Shown: positions 21,471 through 31,670, numbered from the stretch's first letter. The stretch: DNA of 64,000 nucleotides from Alphaproteobacteria bacterium (GCA_964291285.2 OZ219786.1:352001-416000), one strand, 5' to 3'. The notes: generated by a model not told the origin, from the sequence alone. A program made the numbers and translations.

Positions 21471-22739
21471 ATGTCAACACAGACCGGCAAGCGCACTGCA
21501 AACCTCAAGCTCACCCTCAACAAGCGAAACGTCGAAGCCCTCAAGCCCCGGCACAAACCCTTCATCGCATGGGACGACCGCCTCACCGGATTCGGCATCC
21601 GCGTCCAGCCCTCGGGCATGCGCTCCTACATCGTCAACTACCGCGCCGGCGACGGCGGGCGCAAGGCCGCCAACCGGCGCCTCGTCCTCGGCCGCCACGG
21701 CCGCATCACCCCCGAACAGGCCAGGCGCCTCGCCCGGGAGACGCTGGGCCGCGTCGCCGCCGGCGAGGACCCCGCCGCCGGGCGCACCCGCGCCCGCGCC
21801 ATGCCGACGGTGCGGGACGCCTTCGAGGACTATCTCGCCGCCGGGCCGGCGCGCAAGGACAGTACCGTTGCGGTATACCGCAGCACCGTCCACAAGGACC
21901 TCGGTGACTGGCTCGACCGCCCTCTCGACACCATCGGGCGCCGCGATGTCGAGCAGCGCTTCCGGCGCCTGAGCGAGAATGCCGGGTGGGTGCAGGCCAA
22001 CAATGCGATGAAGATGCTGCGCGCCCTCTACCGCCGCCAGTGCCTCGACCATGAGGGGCTGCACAATCCGGTGGACCAGTGGCGCGTCGCGGGCGGGCGG
22101 CCCCATCGCCCGAAACGGCGCATCATCCAGCCGCCGGCCGAGGTGCTGCCGCGCTGGCACCGCGGCATCGAGGCGGCGGTGCGTAACCCGGTCGCCCGCG
22201 ACGCCTTGCACTTCGGCCTCTATACCGGCATGCGCCGGGCCGAAGTATTCGGCCTCGCATGGGCGCGGGTGGACAGGGCGGCGATGGTGTTCCGGGTCGA
22301 GGACACCAAGACCGGCGCGCCGTTGGCGCTTCCCGTCACCCGGCAGCTCGCGGCCATTCTCGAACGCCGCCTGGCCGAACGCGACCGTGTCCCCGAGGCG
22401 AACCGGGGCTGGGTGTTCCCGTCCGAAACCAGCAGGTCCGGGCGTCTCACCGGCATGCAGCACATGAATGCGCGCATCGGCGAGGCGGGCGGCGCGAAAT
22501 TCTGGTTCCATGCCCTGCGCAACTGCTTCATCACCGTCGCCGACCGCGACCTGATGCTGCCGGCCAGCCTGACCAAGCGGCTGGTCAACCACGCCCGGCC
22601 CCGGGACGTGACCGAGGGCTATGCCGCCGACTGGACCATGGAGCAACTCCGCGACGCCGCCCAGCGCATCTCTGACAGGATCGACGCATTGATCCGCGAA
22701 GGCATTCCCGCGCCACCGGCCTTGCCGCCGACAGCATGA
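21471..22739 (+). CDS. Tyrosine integrase with N-terminal arm-binding domain
   Basis: WDDRLTGFGIRVQPSG arm domain; catalytic GMRRAE, TKTG, FHALRN, VNH and TEGY. Confidence 0.92.
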   Translation: MSTQTGKRTANLKLTLNKRNVEALKPRHKPFIAWDDRLTGFGIRVQPSGMRSYIVNYRAGDGGRKAANRRLVLGRHGRITPEQARRLARETLGRVAAGEDPAAGRTRARAMPTVRDAFEDYLAAGPARKDSTVAVYRSTVHKDLGDWLDRPLDTIGRRDVEQRFRRLSENAGWVQANNAMKMLRALYRRQCLDHEGLHNPVDQWRVAGGRPHRPKRRIIQPPAEVLPRWHRGIEAAVRNPVARDALHFGLYTGMRRAEVFGLAWARVDRAAMVFRVEDTKTGAPLALPVTRQLAAILERRLAERDRVPEANRGWVFPSETSRSGRLTGMQHMNARIGEAGGAKFWFHALRNCFITVADRDLMLPASLTKRLVNHARPRDVTEGYAADWTMEQLRDAAQRISDRIDALIREGIPAPPALPPTA

Positions 22740-22756
22740 CGCGTGGACCTTTTCCG

Positions 22757-23057
22757 GGCCCTCGACATGGGTGCGGGTGGTGATGCGCTTGCCGTGCTTC
22801 TCGATGGTGGCCTCTTGCAGGAGGTCGAGGTCGCGGATCAGGTCGTGCCATTCGATGCTGACGCCAGCGGCGGCGCATCGGTCGGCCAGTTCCTTCTGGA
22901 GGACCAGCGCGAGGAAGGAGCAGAAGACGTGGCCGCGGATCGCGGCGTTGCAGGAGTGGTAGATCGGTCGGGTGCGCAACTGGGCCTTCGCCCGGCGGAA
23001 CAGGTCTTCCACCGTGAGCAGCTCCCGGTAGCGGAGCACGGCGTTGAGCGGCGTCAT
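22757..23057 (-). pseudogene. IS1634-family transposase C-terminal fragment
   Basis: YRELLTVEDLFRRAKAQLRTRPIYHSCNAAIRGHVFCSFLALVL matches the IS1634 C-terminal signature. Confidence 0.75.
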
Positions 23058-23189
23058 GCCGGCGTTGGTGCGCCAGCCTATCTGGGGATATACCGGTGCG
23101 AGCCTCGCAAGGCGACGATGTAGAGGTCCATCGGGTCGCGGGTGCGGGAGACCGGGCGGCGGATGGCGTCGTGGCCGTGAGCCTCCCGC

Positions 23190-23603
23190 TCACCGGCGGC
23201 CTTGTCCGGTGCCGGCCAGCACGCCGTCGACCCGGGCGCGCGAGAGGCGGAACCGGCCCGAAGCTGTCCCCGTAGACAGCGCGTCGCGTCGACCCGGGCG
23301 CGCGAGACGCGGAACTCCCGCGCGATCGCCGCCGGCCTGAGGCCGGCCTCGAAGGCGGCGAGGATCGGCCTTTTCCTGCCCCTGCGTCACCGGCCTGGCG
23401 CGCGCCCTTCCTCCGGATGTCTTGCCGGCCTGCCGCCCGCGCCTGCGGGCCTCGGCTGTCGCCGCTTCGACCGGCCGGTCGAGGTCCGCGTCGTCGAGAT
23501 GGCGGAGCAAACGGTCGAGGCTCCCGCCGCGCTTTCCCGTCCCGCCACCCGAGCGCGCCGTCCTTCCTGCGCGTTGCCCCGTTTTCGTGGTCCTTCCTGT
23601 CAC
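23190..23603 (-). pseudogene. Frameshifted small HTH-type protein with a duplicated C-terminus
   Basis: LRHLDDADLDR...VTQGQEK, then another frame reads ILAAFEAGLRPAAIAREFRVSRARVD. A 20-bp direct repeat GTCGACCCGGGCGCGCGAGA occurs at 23226 and 23288. Confidence 0.5.
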
Positions 23604-23854
23604 CTACAACCGGTGAGCGCATCGCGTGTGCGCTGGTCGATTGCAGCCCGAACGTGCCGGTGTGGCCATGGCCAGGGTGCTCTCCAGCTACCGGTCACCC
23701 GTGCCGCCGGCCCGCCGCCCGCCGTCGGGAACGCCGCCTCCCCCGCTCCGCGCCGGCAGGAGGGAAGGTCTGGCCGTGAGCGGGGCGGCGGTCGGCGCTT
23801 CGGAGAGCGGGGCGCTGCCGCCGGGTTCCACCACGGCACGATGGAGACGGCAGC

Positions 23855-24187
23855 ATGACGGCAGCAACGATGGCGATGCCCGGCAATACGGCAAGCACGT
23901 TCCTGGTCCACTATTTCGGCGGCGGCCTCGACGGCGACGACCGCTTCGTGGTCGAGCGGTTCCGCGCCCTGGCCTGCGGCGACATTCGTCCGGTCCGGGA
24001 CGGCGAGGAGAACGCGAAGGGGCGGCGCAAGGTCAGGCGCACCGTGGTCTCGCGCAAGGAGGCCGAGGCGATGCGCCCGGAGCGCACCGAGATCATCATC
24101 TGCACCGGCCTTCGCACCCGCGGCGGGAAACAGGCCTGGGGTTCGGTTGCGGCGGGCCTCCTGTGCGACCGCAAGCAGCGCGGCTGA
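23855..24187 (+). CDS. Hypothetical protein
   Basis: GGAG RBS, high-GC3 codon usage, co-oriented with the downstream island genes. Confidence 0.55.
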   Translation: MTAATMAMPGNTASTFLVHYFGGGLDGDDRFVVERFRALACGDIRPVRDGEENAKGRRKVRRTVVSRKEAEAMRPERTEIIICTGLRTRGGKQAWGSVAAGLLCDRKQRG

Positions 24188-24274
24188 GCGCTTTCCCGAG
24201 GGACGTCCCGCCGGCCCGGCCGGGTCGGCGGGACGATCCTCTTCCGTTTTCCCCACGGCAAGGAGAACGCTCCC

Positions 24275-25297
24275 ATGTGCGAGCAGCAGGACATCGGGGC
24301 CCGGCGCGCGCGGAACCTGGAGCGCTGGCGTCGTCGGGTTGCCGACCGGCGCGCGCGCGGCAAGTGCATCGGGTGCGGCAAGCGCGAACCCGAGCCCGCG
24401 CGGACCCTGTGCGCGCCCTGCGGCGAGAAGCGGAACCGGGCGAGCCGGGCCAGGGACGCAAGGCTGCGCACCGCCGGCCTCCCCCGGAGAGACCCCGACA
24501 AGGCCCGCGCCCAGGAGCGCGACCGGTCCCGCCGCGAGGCTGAAATGCGCCGCGACGCCGGGCTCTGCATCCGGTGCGGCAAGCAGCCGGCCGCCGATGG
24601 CCGTGCGTCCTGCCAGCCGTGCCTGGAGAAGCGCCGGGCAGCGGACCGCGCGAAATACGCCGCCGGGAAAGCCGCCGGCCTCAGGTATGGCGGGGCCGAT
24701 GCCGAGGCCAAAAGGCGCGCCGCCCGGGCGAAGAGCAAGCGCCGCCAGAAAGCCCGGATCGAGGCGGGACTCTGTATCCGCTGCGGCAGGCAGCCCCCTG
24801 CCGGGGGCGGAACCACCTGCCAGCCCTGCCGGGACAGGAGGCAGGCGGCGGAACGCCGGAAATACCGGGACCGGCGCCAGGCCGGGCTCTGCACCCGGTG
24901 CGGCGCCGCCGTCCATGACGGTCTGTCGCGCTGCGCGCCGTGTGCCGCCATCGAGGAGGCCAGCCACAACCCGGAGCGCAAGAACGCACGCTCGCGGCAG
25001 TTGTACGCCCGGCGCCGGGCCGCCGGCCTGTGCACGGCCTGCGGGGCGCCGTCACAGGGGGCGGCGCGCTGTGCGCCCTGTGCCGAGAGGTCGTATCAAG
25101 GGTCGGGGCATTTCAGGGGCATCCCGGTCCACGAGCCGGTCTGGACCGTGATCGAACTGGAGACCGGCCGCGAGCACGGTCCGTTCGACGATCCGGCCGA
25201 TGTCGCCCTCTGCCTCGCCTTCGGGAAGCTCGACCGCAACCGCGTCGAGATCGTCGCCGACGCCCCCGTCACCGCCTCCTTCACCGCCTGGACCTGA
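24275..25297 (+). CDS. Protein with five repeated C4 zinc-finger-like modules
   Basis: Five G(L/K)CxxCG-x7-10-CxPC units followed by Arg-rich helices; AAGGAG RBS. Confidence 0.8.
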   Translation: MCEQQDIGARRARNLERWRRRVADRRARGKCIGCGKREPEPARTLCAPCGEKRNRASRARDARLRTAGLPRRDPDKARAQERDRSRREAEMRRDAGLCIRCGKQPAADGRASCQPCLEKRRAADRAKYAAGKAAGLRYGGADAEAKRRAARAKSKRRQKARIEAGLCIRCGRQPPAGGGTTCQPCRDRRQAAERRKYRDRRQAGLCTRCGAAVHDGLSRCAPCAAIEEASHNPERKNARSRQLYARRRAAGLCTACGAPSQGAARCAPCAERSYQGSGHFRGIPVHEPVWTVIELETGREHGPFDDPADVALCLAFGKLDRNRVEIVADAPVTASFTAWT

Positions 25298-25487
25298 CAT
25301 GCTGTCCCGGGCGGCGATGGCGGCGCTCGCCTGGCCGCGGTCCGCCGCGCCGTCCCTGTGTCGTGGAGAGGAGTAAAGCGCCTGCCGGGCGAGTGTCCGG
25401 CAGGGCGGAGGAGAGGACTCCCCGCCGATGCCGGATCGATGTCCGGCACAGGTCGCCGGGCAGGACAACGGCAGAGGAGTTCCCGCC

Positions 25488-25694
25488 ATGTTTCATCCCG
25501 ATACATCCCTCGACCTCCCGACCGGCTGCGACCTGCTCGCCGAACTCGGCGTCGACCGTCGCACCGTCCGCGAGATCGCCGAGGACGAGCGCGCCATCCG
25601 CTGTCCCGACCGGGGCGCGGCCTGTCCGGTGCACGGCTTCGCGAGCCTCTTCCCGGAACCGGCGTCGTCGTTCTCTCCGGGCGGTCAGGGGTAG
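25488..25694 (+). CDS. Small hypothetical protein
   Basis: GAGGAG RBS before ATG 25488; 68 aa. Confidence 0.45.
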   Translation: MFHPDTSLDLPTGCDLLAELGVDRRTVREIAEDERAIRCPDRGAACPVHGFASLFPEPASSFSPGGQG

Positions 25695-25798
25695 AGGAGG
25701 GCCTGAAGAGATTGAACGGGCAGGGGTTCGGGGGAGTGACCCCGGCCCCGGTCGTTCGCAACCCATCGTCATCAACGCGAACCTGAAGGAGTATCGCA

Positions 25799-26227
25799 AT
25801 GAGCTTCGGATTGAACAAGGTGCAGATCATCGGCCGCCTCGGCGCGGACGTCACCATCAACCACCTGCAGAACGGCGGCCGCGTGGCCAATCTGAGCGTT
25901 GCCACCGACGAGAGCTACATCGACCGGAACGGCAGCGGCGAGCGGATCGACAGGACCGAGTGGCACCGGGTCGTGACCTTCCAGGACGGGCTGATCGACA
26001 TGCTCGCCAGGCACGCCACGAAGGGCCGGCTGGTCTACATCGACGGCAAGCTCCAGACCCGGCGCTGGAAGAAGCCGGGCGAGGACTCCGACCGCTTCTC
26101 GACCGAGATCCTGCTGGTCCCGGGTGGGCGCGTCCAGTTCCTCGACAAGGCGAACGGCAACGCCGCGCAGCCCGGCCCGGACGCGGCGGGCGGCGACCCG
26201 ATGGATGGGGATCAGATCCCGTTCTAG
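25799..26227 (+). CDS. ssb: Single-stranded DNA-binding protein (MGE-type)
   Basis: LNKVQIIGRLGAD, TEWHRVV, GKLQTRRW and acidic C-terminal DQIPF. Confidence 0.95.
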   Translation: MSFGLNKVQIIGRLGADVTINHLQNGGRVANLSVATDESYIDRNGSGERIDRTEWHRVVTFQDGLIDMLARHATKGRLVYIDGKLQTRRWKKPGEDSDRFSTEILLVPGGRVQFLDKANGNAAQPGPDAAGGDPMDGDQIPF

Positions 26228-26254
26228 AGCTTCCCGTTCTTCCCCCCCCCCCAC

Positions 26255-26284
26255 AGGGCCGGCGCCTCGCGCGTCGGCCCTTTT
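26255..26284 (+). terminator. Intrinsic terminator after ssb
   Basis: AGGGCCGGCGC-CTCGC-GCGTCGGCCCT stem followed by a T-run. Confidence 0.6.
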
Positions 26285-26412
26285 CTCATGCGGGCAGGTT
26301 CAAGTCTCGCCGCGGCGCATACGGGAGTGGGAGCGAGGCTGGAAAGCGGGTGAACCGCGCGAGGAGGAGAGGGAGCCCGCTCGCGCACCCGTCACGCTAC
26401 CCGGAGAACCCG

Positions 26413-26640
26413 ATGAGCACCATCTCCTTCCGCCGCATCGCCCCCGACGAATCCCGCATCTACCGGGACGGCGACCATGTCGGCGACGTCCACGCCTTCG
26501 ACGACAGCATCCGGCCGGGGCGCAGGGTGTTCGCCATACATCTCGACGAGGACCCGCGCGGGCCCGTCTATCTCCACGACCGCACCCGCATCCGCGAGGT
26601 CGCCGGGCGCCTGGTCCTCTCCCATCCCCTGTGGGGTTGA
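26413..26640 (+). CDS. Small hypothetical protein
   Basis: GGAG RBS; MSTISFRRIAPDESRIYRDGDHVGDV...; 75 aa with typical codon usage. Confidence 0.6.
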   Translation: MSTISFRRIAPDESRIYRDGDHVGDVHAFDDSIRPGRRVFAIHLDEDPRGPVYLHDRTRIREVAGRLVLSHPLWG

Positions 26641-27012
26641 CGCAAGGGCGGGCAACGGCGCCTCCCGCTCCGGCGCCGTGCCGGCCGAACCGACGATGGG
26701 GTCCGTGCAGGGCGAGAGAAATACGCCACCCCGCTGTGATGTCCAATCGTGTCACACGGGCTCGCGACAGCAACCCCTGCGGGGTCCTCCGGTCGCTCCG
26801 CTCCCTGCGGCCCGGCCAAGAAGCTCCAAGGGCGGACCGTGAAAGTCGACGACCGTGAAGATCGCAGGGCGATCTTCCGCACCACTCGCCGACTTTCCGC
26901 ACCACTCCGCCCAGGAGCTTCTACGCCCGGGTGCTTCTGCTGCGCGCGCGTGCCCCGACAGGACATCACAACGGGGATCGGCCCCGAACGTGAAAACCGA
27001 AAGGAAAACGAC

Positions 27013-27939
27013 ATGACCTTCCATACCGATACCACCGAAACCGCAGCACAGTCCGCAACCGCGATCGTCTGCGACAACGCCGCTCTCTTCGGCGCAACCC
27101 CCGAGCGCGACGAGTTCGATACCCGCGAGATCTGGGACCAGGACGAGGCCATCACCGCCGTCACCGAAGCCTTCCGCATCCTCAGCCGGGGCGTCGCGCC
27201 CGACGGATACCAGATGGCAGACGAACGCGAGAGCCTGCTCTGGGGCTTCGTCAACATGCTCCACGCCCAGACACAGCGCCTCGACCGCAGCGTCGACAAG
27301 CTCACCCCCGAACTCCAGGACCTCCAGCGCACACAGGACGGCTCCGAGATCAGGTCCCTGGAACTGGAACTCGTGACCGACCGCGCACAGTGCCTCACCG
27401 CACGCCGCGACGCCTTCGAGACATTGCGCAACGAGGCCGCCGAAGCCTACCGCGCAGACACCGGCGACACATGGCGGCCCCGGCGCGGCAGCCACGCCAG
27501 CCAGACCGGACATCTGACCTCCGCTGCCATCGACGCCCGCGACTTCGTCCGCGCCCGAAAGGACCGCAAGACACAGGCCCACCTGCCCCAGGGAACCCTC
27601 GTCGCCATCGCCGGCGGAAAGGACATCGCAAACCCGGCAGCCGTCATCGAGCGCCTCGACAAGGTCCGCGCCAGGTATGCCGACCTCGTCCTCGTGCATG
27701 GCGGCGGTCCCGGCGTCGAGAAGATCGCGGCGCGCTGGGCCGAGCGCAACGGTGTCCACCAGGTCGTCTGCAAGCCCGACTGGGACCGCCACGGTCGCGC
27801 CGCACCCTTCCGCCGCAACGACGAACTGCTCAACCTCCTGCCGAAGGGCGTCATCGCCTTCCCCGGCTCCGGCATCACCGAGAACCTCGTCGACAAGGCG
27901 AAGCAGCTCGGCATCCCGGTGATGAAGGTAGCAGCCTGA
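27013..27939 (+). CDS. DUF2493/YspA-like SLOG-domain protein
   Basis: C-terminal VAIAGG...LVHGGGPGVEKIAARWA...APFRRND...AFPGSGITENLVDKA SLOG pattern; AAGGA RBS. Confidence 0.8.
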   Translation: MTFHTDTTETAAQSATAIVCDNAALFGATPERDEFDTREIWDQDEAITAVTEAFRILSRGVAPDGYQMADERESLLWGFVNMLHAQTQRLDRSVDKLTPELQDLQRTQDGSEIRSLELELVTDRAQCLTARRDAFETLRNEAAEAYRADTGDTWRPRRGSHASQTGHLTSAAIDARDFVRARKDRKTQAHLPQGTLVAIAGGKDIANPAAVIERLDKVRARYADLVLVHGGGPGVEKIAARWAERNGVHQVVCKPDWDRHGRAAPFRRNDELLNLLPKGVIAFPGSGITENLVDKAKQLGIPVMKVAA

Positions 27940-28565
27940 CCGCAACGCATCGCGGGCCGTGTCGTCGCTCCGGCTGCGGCACGGTCCGTTTCCTCTTTCG
28001 CACATCGATGACGCGGCAACGCCAACCTCGCGCGCTTCGCGCCGCACTCGTGCTCCGGCTTCGCCGATCGCGCTTGCGTTCCGCGTCCGCGTCACGCGCC
28101 GCTGCACCATGCTTCGCCCGGGTGCATCGCCGTCCGCGCCGATCCCGGCGCACTTCCGCCAGCGTGACTGTCGACGGCACTGCCGCCGCTGCCGCCCGTC
28201 CGCTCGGCACGGTGCTTCGCACCAGTGCCCGCGCTCGCGCCGGCGAGGCCGTCCGCTCACACGCCGCGGCGGCTCCCCTCCGCCGGGTTCCCCGGCGTCG
28301 ATTTCCCCATCGTGTATGCTATCCCTTCCGGCTCTGTCTCGACGGCGGAGCCGCTATTTCGTCACACCAGACGCATCCTTGATGCAGGGAGCGAGGCCCG
28401 GCCGGCCTGCATCGGTCGGCAGTTTTCCGTTGCGTGACAGGCGGTTGGGCCTGGCCCGGCCTCTGACCGCGGTCCCGCGCGCAGGTCGCGTTGTCCGTTC
28501 AGGAGCGCCGTTCCGTTCCCCCGGGACGGACGGCGCCCGAGGGAACAGACAACGGAGACACGCCC

Positions 28566-29702
28566 ATGCGCATCCATGCCCCCGTCAACGAGCGGACGGT
28601 CCGCCGCACCTTCAGGGAGAAGAAACCCGGACGATACGGCCTGACCGTCATCGACAGGGACCTGCCCGCCTTCGGCTTCACCGTCGCCGGGAACGGGACG
28701 AAGACCTTCTTCGTCCGGACCTCACGCCAGTTCGGCGTGCCCAGGGCGATCCTCGGCACGACCGACGACATGACCGCCGCCGAGGCGAGGGAGAAGGCCA
28801 TTGCCGCCATCGCCGAAGCCAAAGCCGACCGCGAGACCGGGCCGCTGTTCGCCGACTTCGCGGCCGACTTCATGCGCCGCCAGGGGCGGCGCTGGAAATC
28901 CTCCACGAGGAAGGCCAACGCCCATCTGGTCGAGCGCCGCCTCGTGCCCTTCTTCGGCGCGATGCCCGTCGCGAAGATCGACCGCGCCGATGTGCGGCGC
29001 TGGTTCGATTCCCTCAGCGGAACCCCCGGCAGCGCCAACCGGACCCTGCCGGTGCTCTCGGTGATGATGCGGCAGGCGGAGCTATGGGACCTTCGCCCGC
29101 AGGGCTCCAACCCCTGCCGCAACATGCGGCGCTACAGGACGGCGCCGCGCGAGCGCTTCCTGTCCCTGGACGAGTTGAAGCGCCTCGGCTTCGTCCTCGA
29201 CCATGCCGAGGACCGGCAGGCCGCCGCCGCCATCCGCCTGCTGCTGTTCACCGGCGCCCGGTCGTCCGAGATCGCCGGCCTGCAATGGGACTGGATACGG
29301 GACACCCGCGCGGTGTTGCCGGACTCCAAGACTGGGCCGAAGACGCTCCAGCTTCCCCCGCCCGCGCGGGCCGTCCTGACTGGCCTGCCGCGCGAGGGAC
29401 GCTTCGTCTTCCCGAACGGGAAGGGCGACGGCCCGATGACCGACCTCGGCCTGCGCTGGCAGAAGCTGCGCGGTCTCGCCGGGCTGGACGATGTGCGCAT
29501 CCACGACTGCCGGCATACCTTCGCCTCCCATGCCGTGATGAGCGGCCTCGACCTCTACACCGTCGGCCGCCTGCTCGGCCATGCCGATACCGCCTCCACC
29601 GAACGCTACGCCCATCTCGCCGACAAGCATGTCCGCGAGGCGGCCGGGCGCATCTCCGGCATCGTCCACGAGGCCATGACCGGGAAGGAGAGCGGGCGAT
29701 GA
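28566..29702 (+). CDS. Tyrosine integrase
   Basis: GARSSE, DSKTG, HDCRH, LLGH and TERYAH. Confidence 0.92.
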   Translation: MRIHAPVNERTVRRTFREKKPGRYGLTVIDRDLPAFGFTVAGNGTKTFFVRTSRQFGVPRAILGTTDDMTAAEAREKAIAAIAEAKADRETGPLFADFAADFMRRQGRRWKSSTRKANAHLVERRLVPFFGAMPVAKIDRADVRRWFDSLSGTPGSANRTLPVLSVMMRQAELWDLRPQGSNPCRNMRRYRTAPRERFLSLDELKRLGFVLDHAEDRQAAAAIRLLLFTGARSSEIAGLQWDWIRDTRAVLPDSKTGPKTLQLPPPARAVLTGLPREGRFVFPNGKGDGPMTDLGLRWQKLRGLAGLDDVRIHDCRHTFASHAVMSGLDLYTVGRLLGHADTASTERYAHLADKHVREAAGRISGIVHEAMTGKESGR

Positions 29703-31075
29703 GCGGCGGCAGGCGTCGTGTCCGGCTCACCGTGAAGGCCGTCGCCGCCGCCAAGCCGGCGGAACGGGAATACACCCTGTGGGACAATCTGCTGGCGCAT
29801 TTCGGGGTGCGGATACAGCCCTCCGGCGTCCGGTCCTGGATCGTCCAGACCCGCGTCCGGGGACGCATGCGCAAGATCACCCTCGGGCGCTTCCCCGAAC
29901 TGCCTCTCGACGCAGCCCGCCGGGAAGGCGCGGCCGTGCTCGCCCGCCTGTGGGGCGGCGAGGACGTGACGCCGCCGCGCAAGGAGAAGGCGCCGCTGTT
30001 CCGGGACTTCGCCGCCCGTTACCGCTCGCGGCGGAAACACCGCTGGAAGCCGTCCTCGCTCGAGACCTTCGACATCTACCTGAAGAACCGCCTGATGCCG
30101 CATTTCGGCAGGCTCCGGCTCGACGCCATCGACCATGCGCGGGTCTCGGCGTGGTTCGACGCCGCCAGCGCGGACAGGCCCGGCGCCGCCAACCGCGCCT
30201 TCGAGATACTCCGCGCCATGCTCGGGACGGCCCGGCAGTGGGGCGACATCGGCGAGCATGTCCCCGATGCCTGCGCCAACATCGTGAAGAACCCCCGCAA
30301 GCCTGTCGCGCGCTACCTCAGCCGCGAAGAGCTGGAGCGTCTCGGAGCGGTGCTCGACCGCCACCGGGAGGAACACCCCTGGCCGGTGGCGGCCATCCGG
30401 CTGTTGACGCTCACCGGGGCGCGGCTCTCCGAAGTCATCAACCTCAGGTGGGACGAGATCGGAGAGCTGGCCGGAGACGGCGCGAGCGCGCGCATCGAAG
30501 ACTCCAAGACCGGGCCGCGCACCATCTGGCTCGGACCCGAAGCGGCAAGGCTGGTCGAGGCGCTGCCGCGACCGGATGGCCGGGAGCGGGTGTTCCCCGA
30601 GACCCTCACATCGGCAAGGCTCTACACCTTCTGGTGCGGTATCCGCGACGAGGCGGGGCTTCCGGGCCTTCGCATCCACGACTGCCGCCACACCTGGGCC
30701 TCCCAGGGCGTCATGAACGGCGTCGGGCTCACCACGGTCGGACGGCTGCTCGGACACCGCAAGCGGGAGACCACCGCGATCTACGCCCATCTCGACGATG
30801 GCGCGCTACGCGACGCCGCCGCGCAGGCCGCCGCCGTCATCGCGCGAGCGATGGGGTACAGGGCGGAGGCGCCTCCGCTGCCGGACGAGGCGAAGCACGG
30901 CGATGTGTCGGCTGCCGTGCCCGACTTCTCAATCACTGACGGGCCGCCTCATCCGCCCGAAGAGGGGCAAACTCCCCTTTGCGTGAGACCCGAGGGGACC
31001 GAGCGGATAGATGGCATCGAGTTGGATAGTGACCCGGATGCGCCGACCGGACACCCGGCCCTGGACTGGTTGTAG
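29699..31075 (+). CDS. Tyrosine integrase with arm-binding domain, coupled to the upstream integrase
   Basis: ATGA overlap; WDNLLAHFGVRIQPSG, GARLSE, HDCRH, LLGH and TAIYAH. Confidence 0.92.
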   Translation: MSGGRRRVRLTVKAVAAAKPAEREYTLWDNLLAHFGVRIQPSGVRSWIVQTRVRGRMRKITLGRFPELPLDAARREGAAVLARLWGGEDVTPPRKEKAPLFRDFAARYRSRRKHRWKPSSLETFDIYLKNRLMPHFGRLRLDAIDHARVSAWFDAASADRPGAANRAFEILRAMLGTARQWGDIGEHVPDACANIVKNPRKPVARYLSREELERLGAVLDRHREEHPWPVAAIRLLTLTGARLSEVINLRWDEIGELAGDGASARIEDSKTGPRTIWLGPEAARLVEALPRPDGRERVFPETLTSARLYTFWCGIRDEAGLPGLRIHDCRHTWASQGVMNGVGLTTVGRLLGHRKRETTAIYAHLDDGALRDAAAQAAAVIARAMGYRAEAPPLPDEAKHGDVSAAVPDFSITDGPPHPPEEGQTPLCVRPEGTERIDGIELDSDPDAPTGHPALDWL

Positions 31076-31091
31076 ACCTGTCCCCGCGTTG

Positions 31092-31183
31092 GGGCGTGAA
31101 TCTCGTATGGCGATGATGGCGCTGGGCTGAGGGTCAGGGTTCATGCGGCGCGGCTGTGTTGGTTTCCGGTGCGTTTGTTTTCG
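31092..31183 (-). mobile_element. ISKra4-like right-end remnant (copy 1)
   Basis: GGGCGTGAATCTCGTATGGCGATG... is nearly identical to 39454-39546. Confidence 0.6.
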
Positions 31184-31386
31184 TTGCCGTGAAAATTGTT
31201 GGGGATCGGGCGTACAAAAACCACTCCCCGCCAAAGCACTGCTCCCGAGGCGTACGATACTCGCCATCTGCGGCGCCCGTCTTGCGGACCGTGACCGGTA
31301 GGCAACCCCGTACAAGCCCGAAGTCCCGCCCGCGCGGCCGGCACCTGTTTTCATGATACGGGGTGGCCGACCCGCCCGGCAATGGA
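31184..31386. repeat. ~200-bp element repeated in inverted orientation at 39696-39898
   Basis: TTGCCGTGAAAATTGTTGGGG...CCCGGCAATGGA is the reverse complement, with a few mismatches, of 39696-39898. Confidence 0.85.
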
Positions 31387-31435
31387 GGTTTTGGGCGTTC
31401 GGAGCTGCGCTGCGGCTCGTTGTCTGGTTTCTTTC

Positions 31436-31670
31436 GTGCCTATCCGCTTGTTTCATACACCCACTAGATATAGTAGGCTCCAGGTGAGCCGGGAGGGCGG
31501 TGCTTCATGGACATTTTCGATCATCCCGACCTGGAGTTTCCCCAGTCGTTGCCTGGGTTTCGGATCGCAGCGACGACGGAAGGCCCGACCTTCGCCGGAT
31601 GGTACTTCGGAAAATGGCAGCATCCCGTTACCCCACATCTAGTGGGTGTATGAAACAAGCGGATAGGCAC
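31436..31670. mobile_element. 235-bp MITE with 34-bp perfect TIRs and a 10-bp TSD
   Basis: GTGCCTATCCGCTTGTTTCATACACCCACTAGAT (31436-31469) and its reverse complement (31637-31670). GGTTTCTTTC is duplicated at 31426-31435 and 31671-31680. Confidence 0.9.

Noticed and set aside
26242-26252. C11 homopolymer as a phase-variation tract
   Set aside because: It lies between the ssb stop and its terminator, not in a coding region or an evident promoter.
27959-29698. N-terminal 580 aa of the 1038-aa ORF
   Set aside because: Overlaps the first integrase out of frame; the real second integrase starts at ATG 29699.
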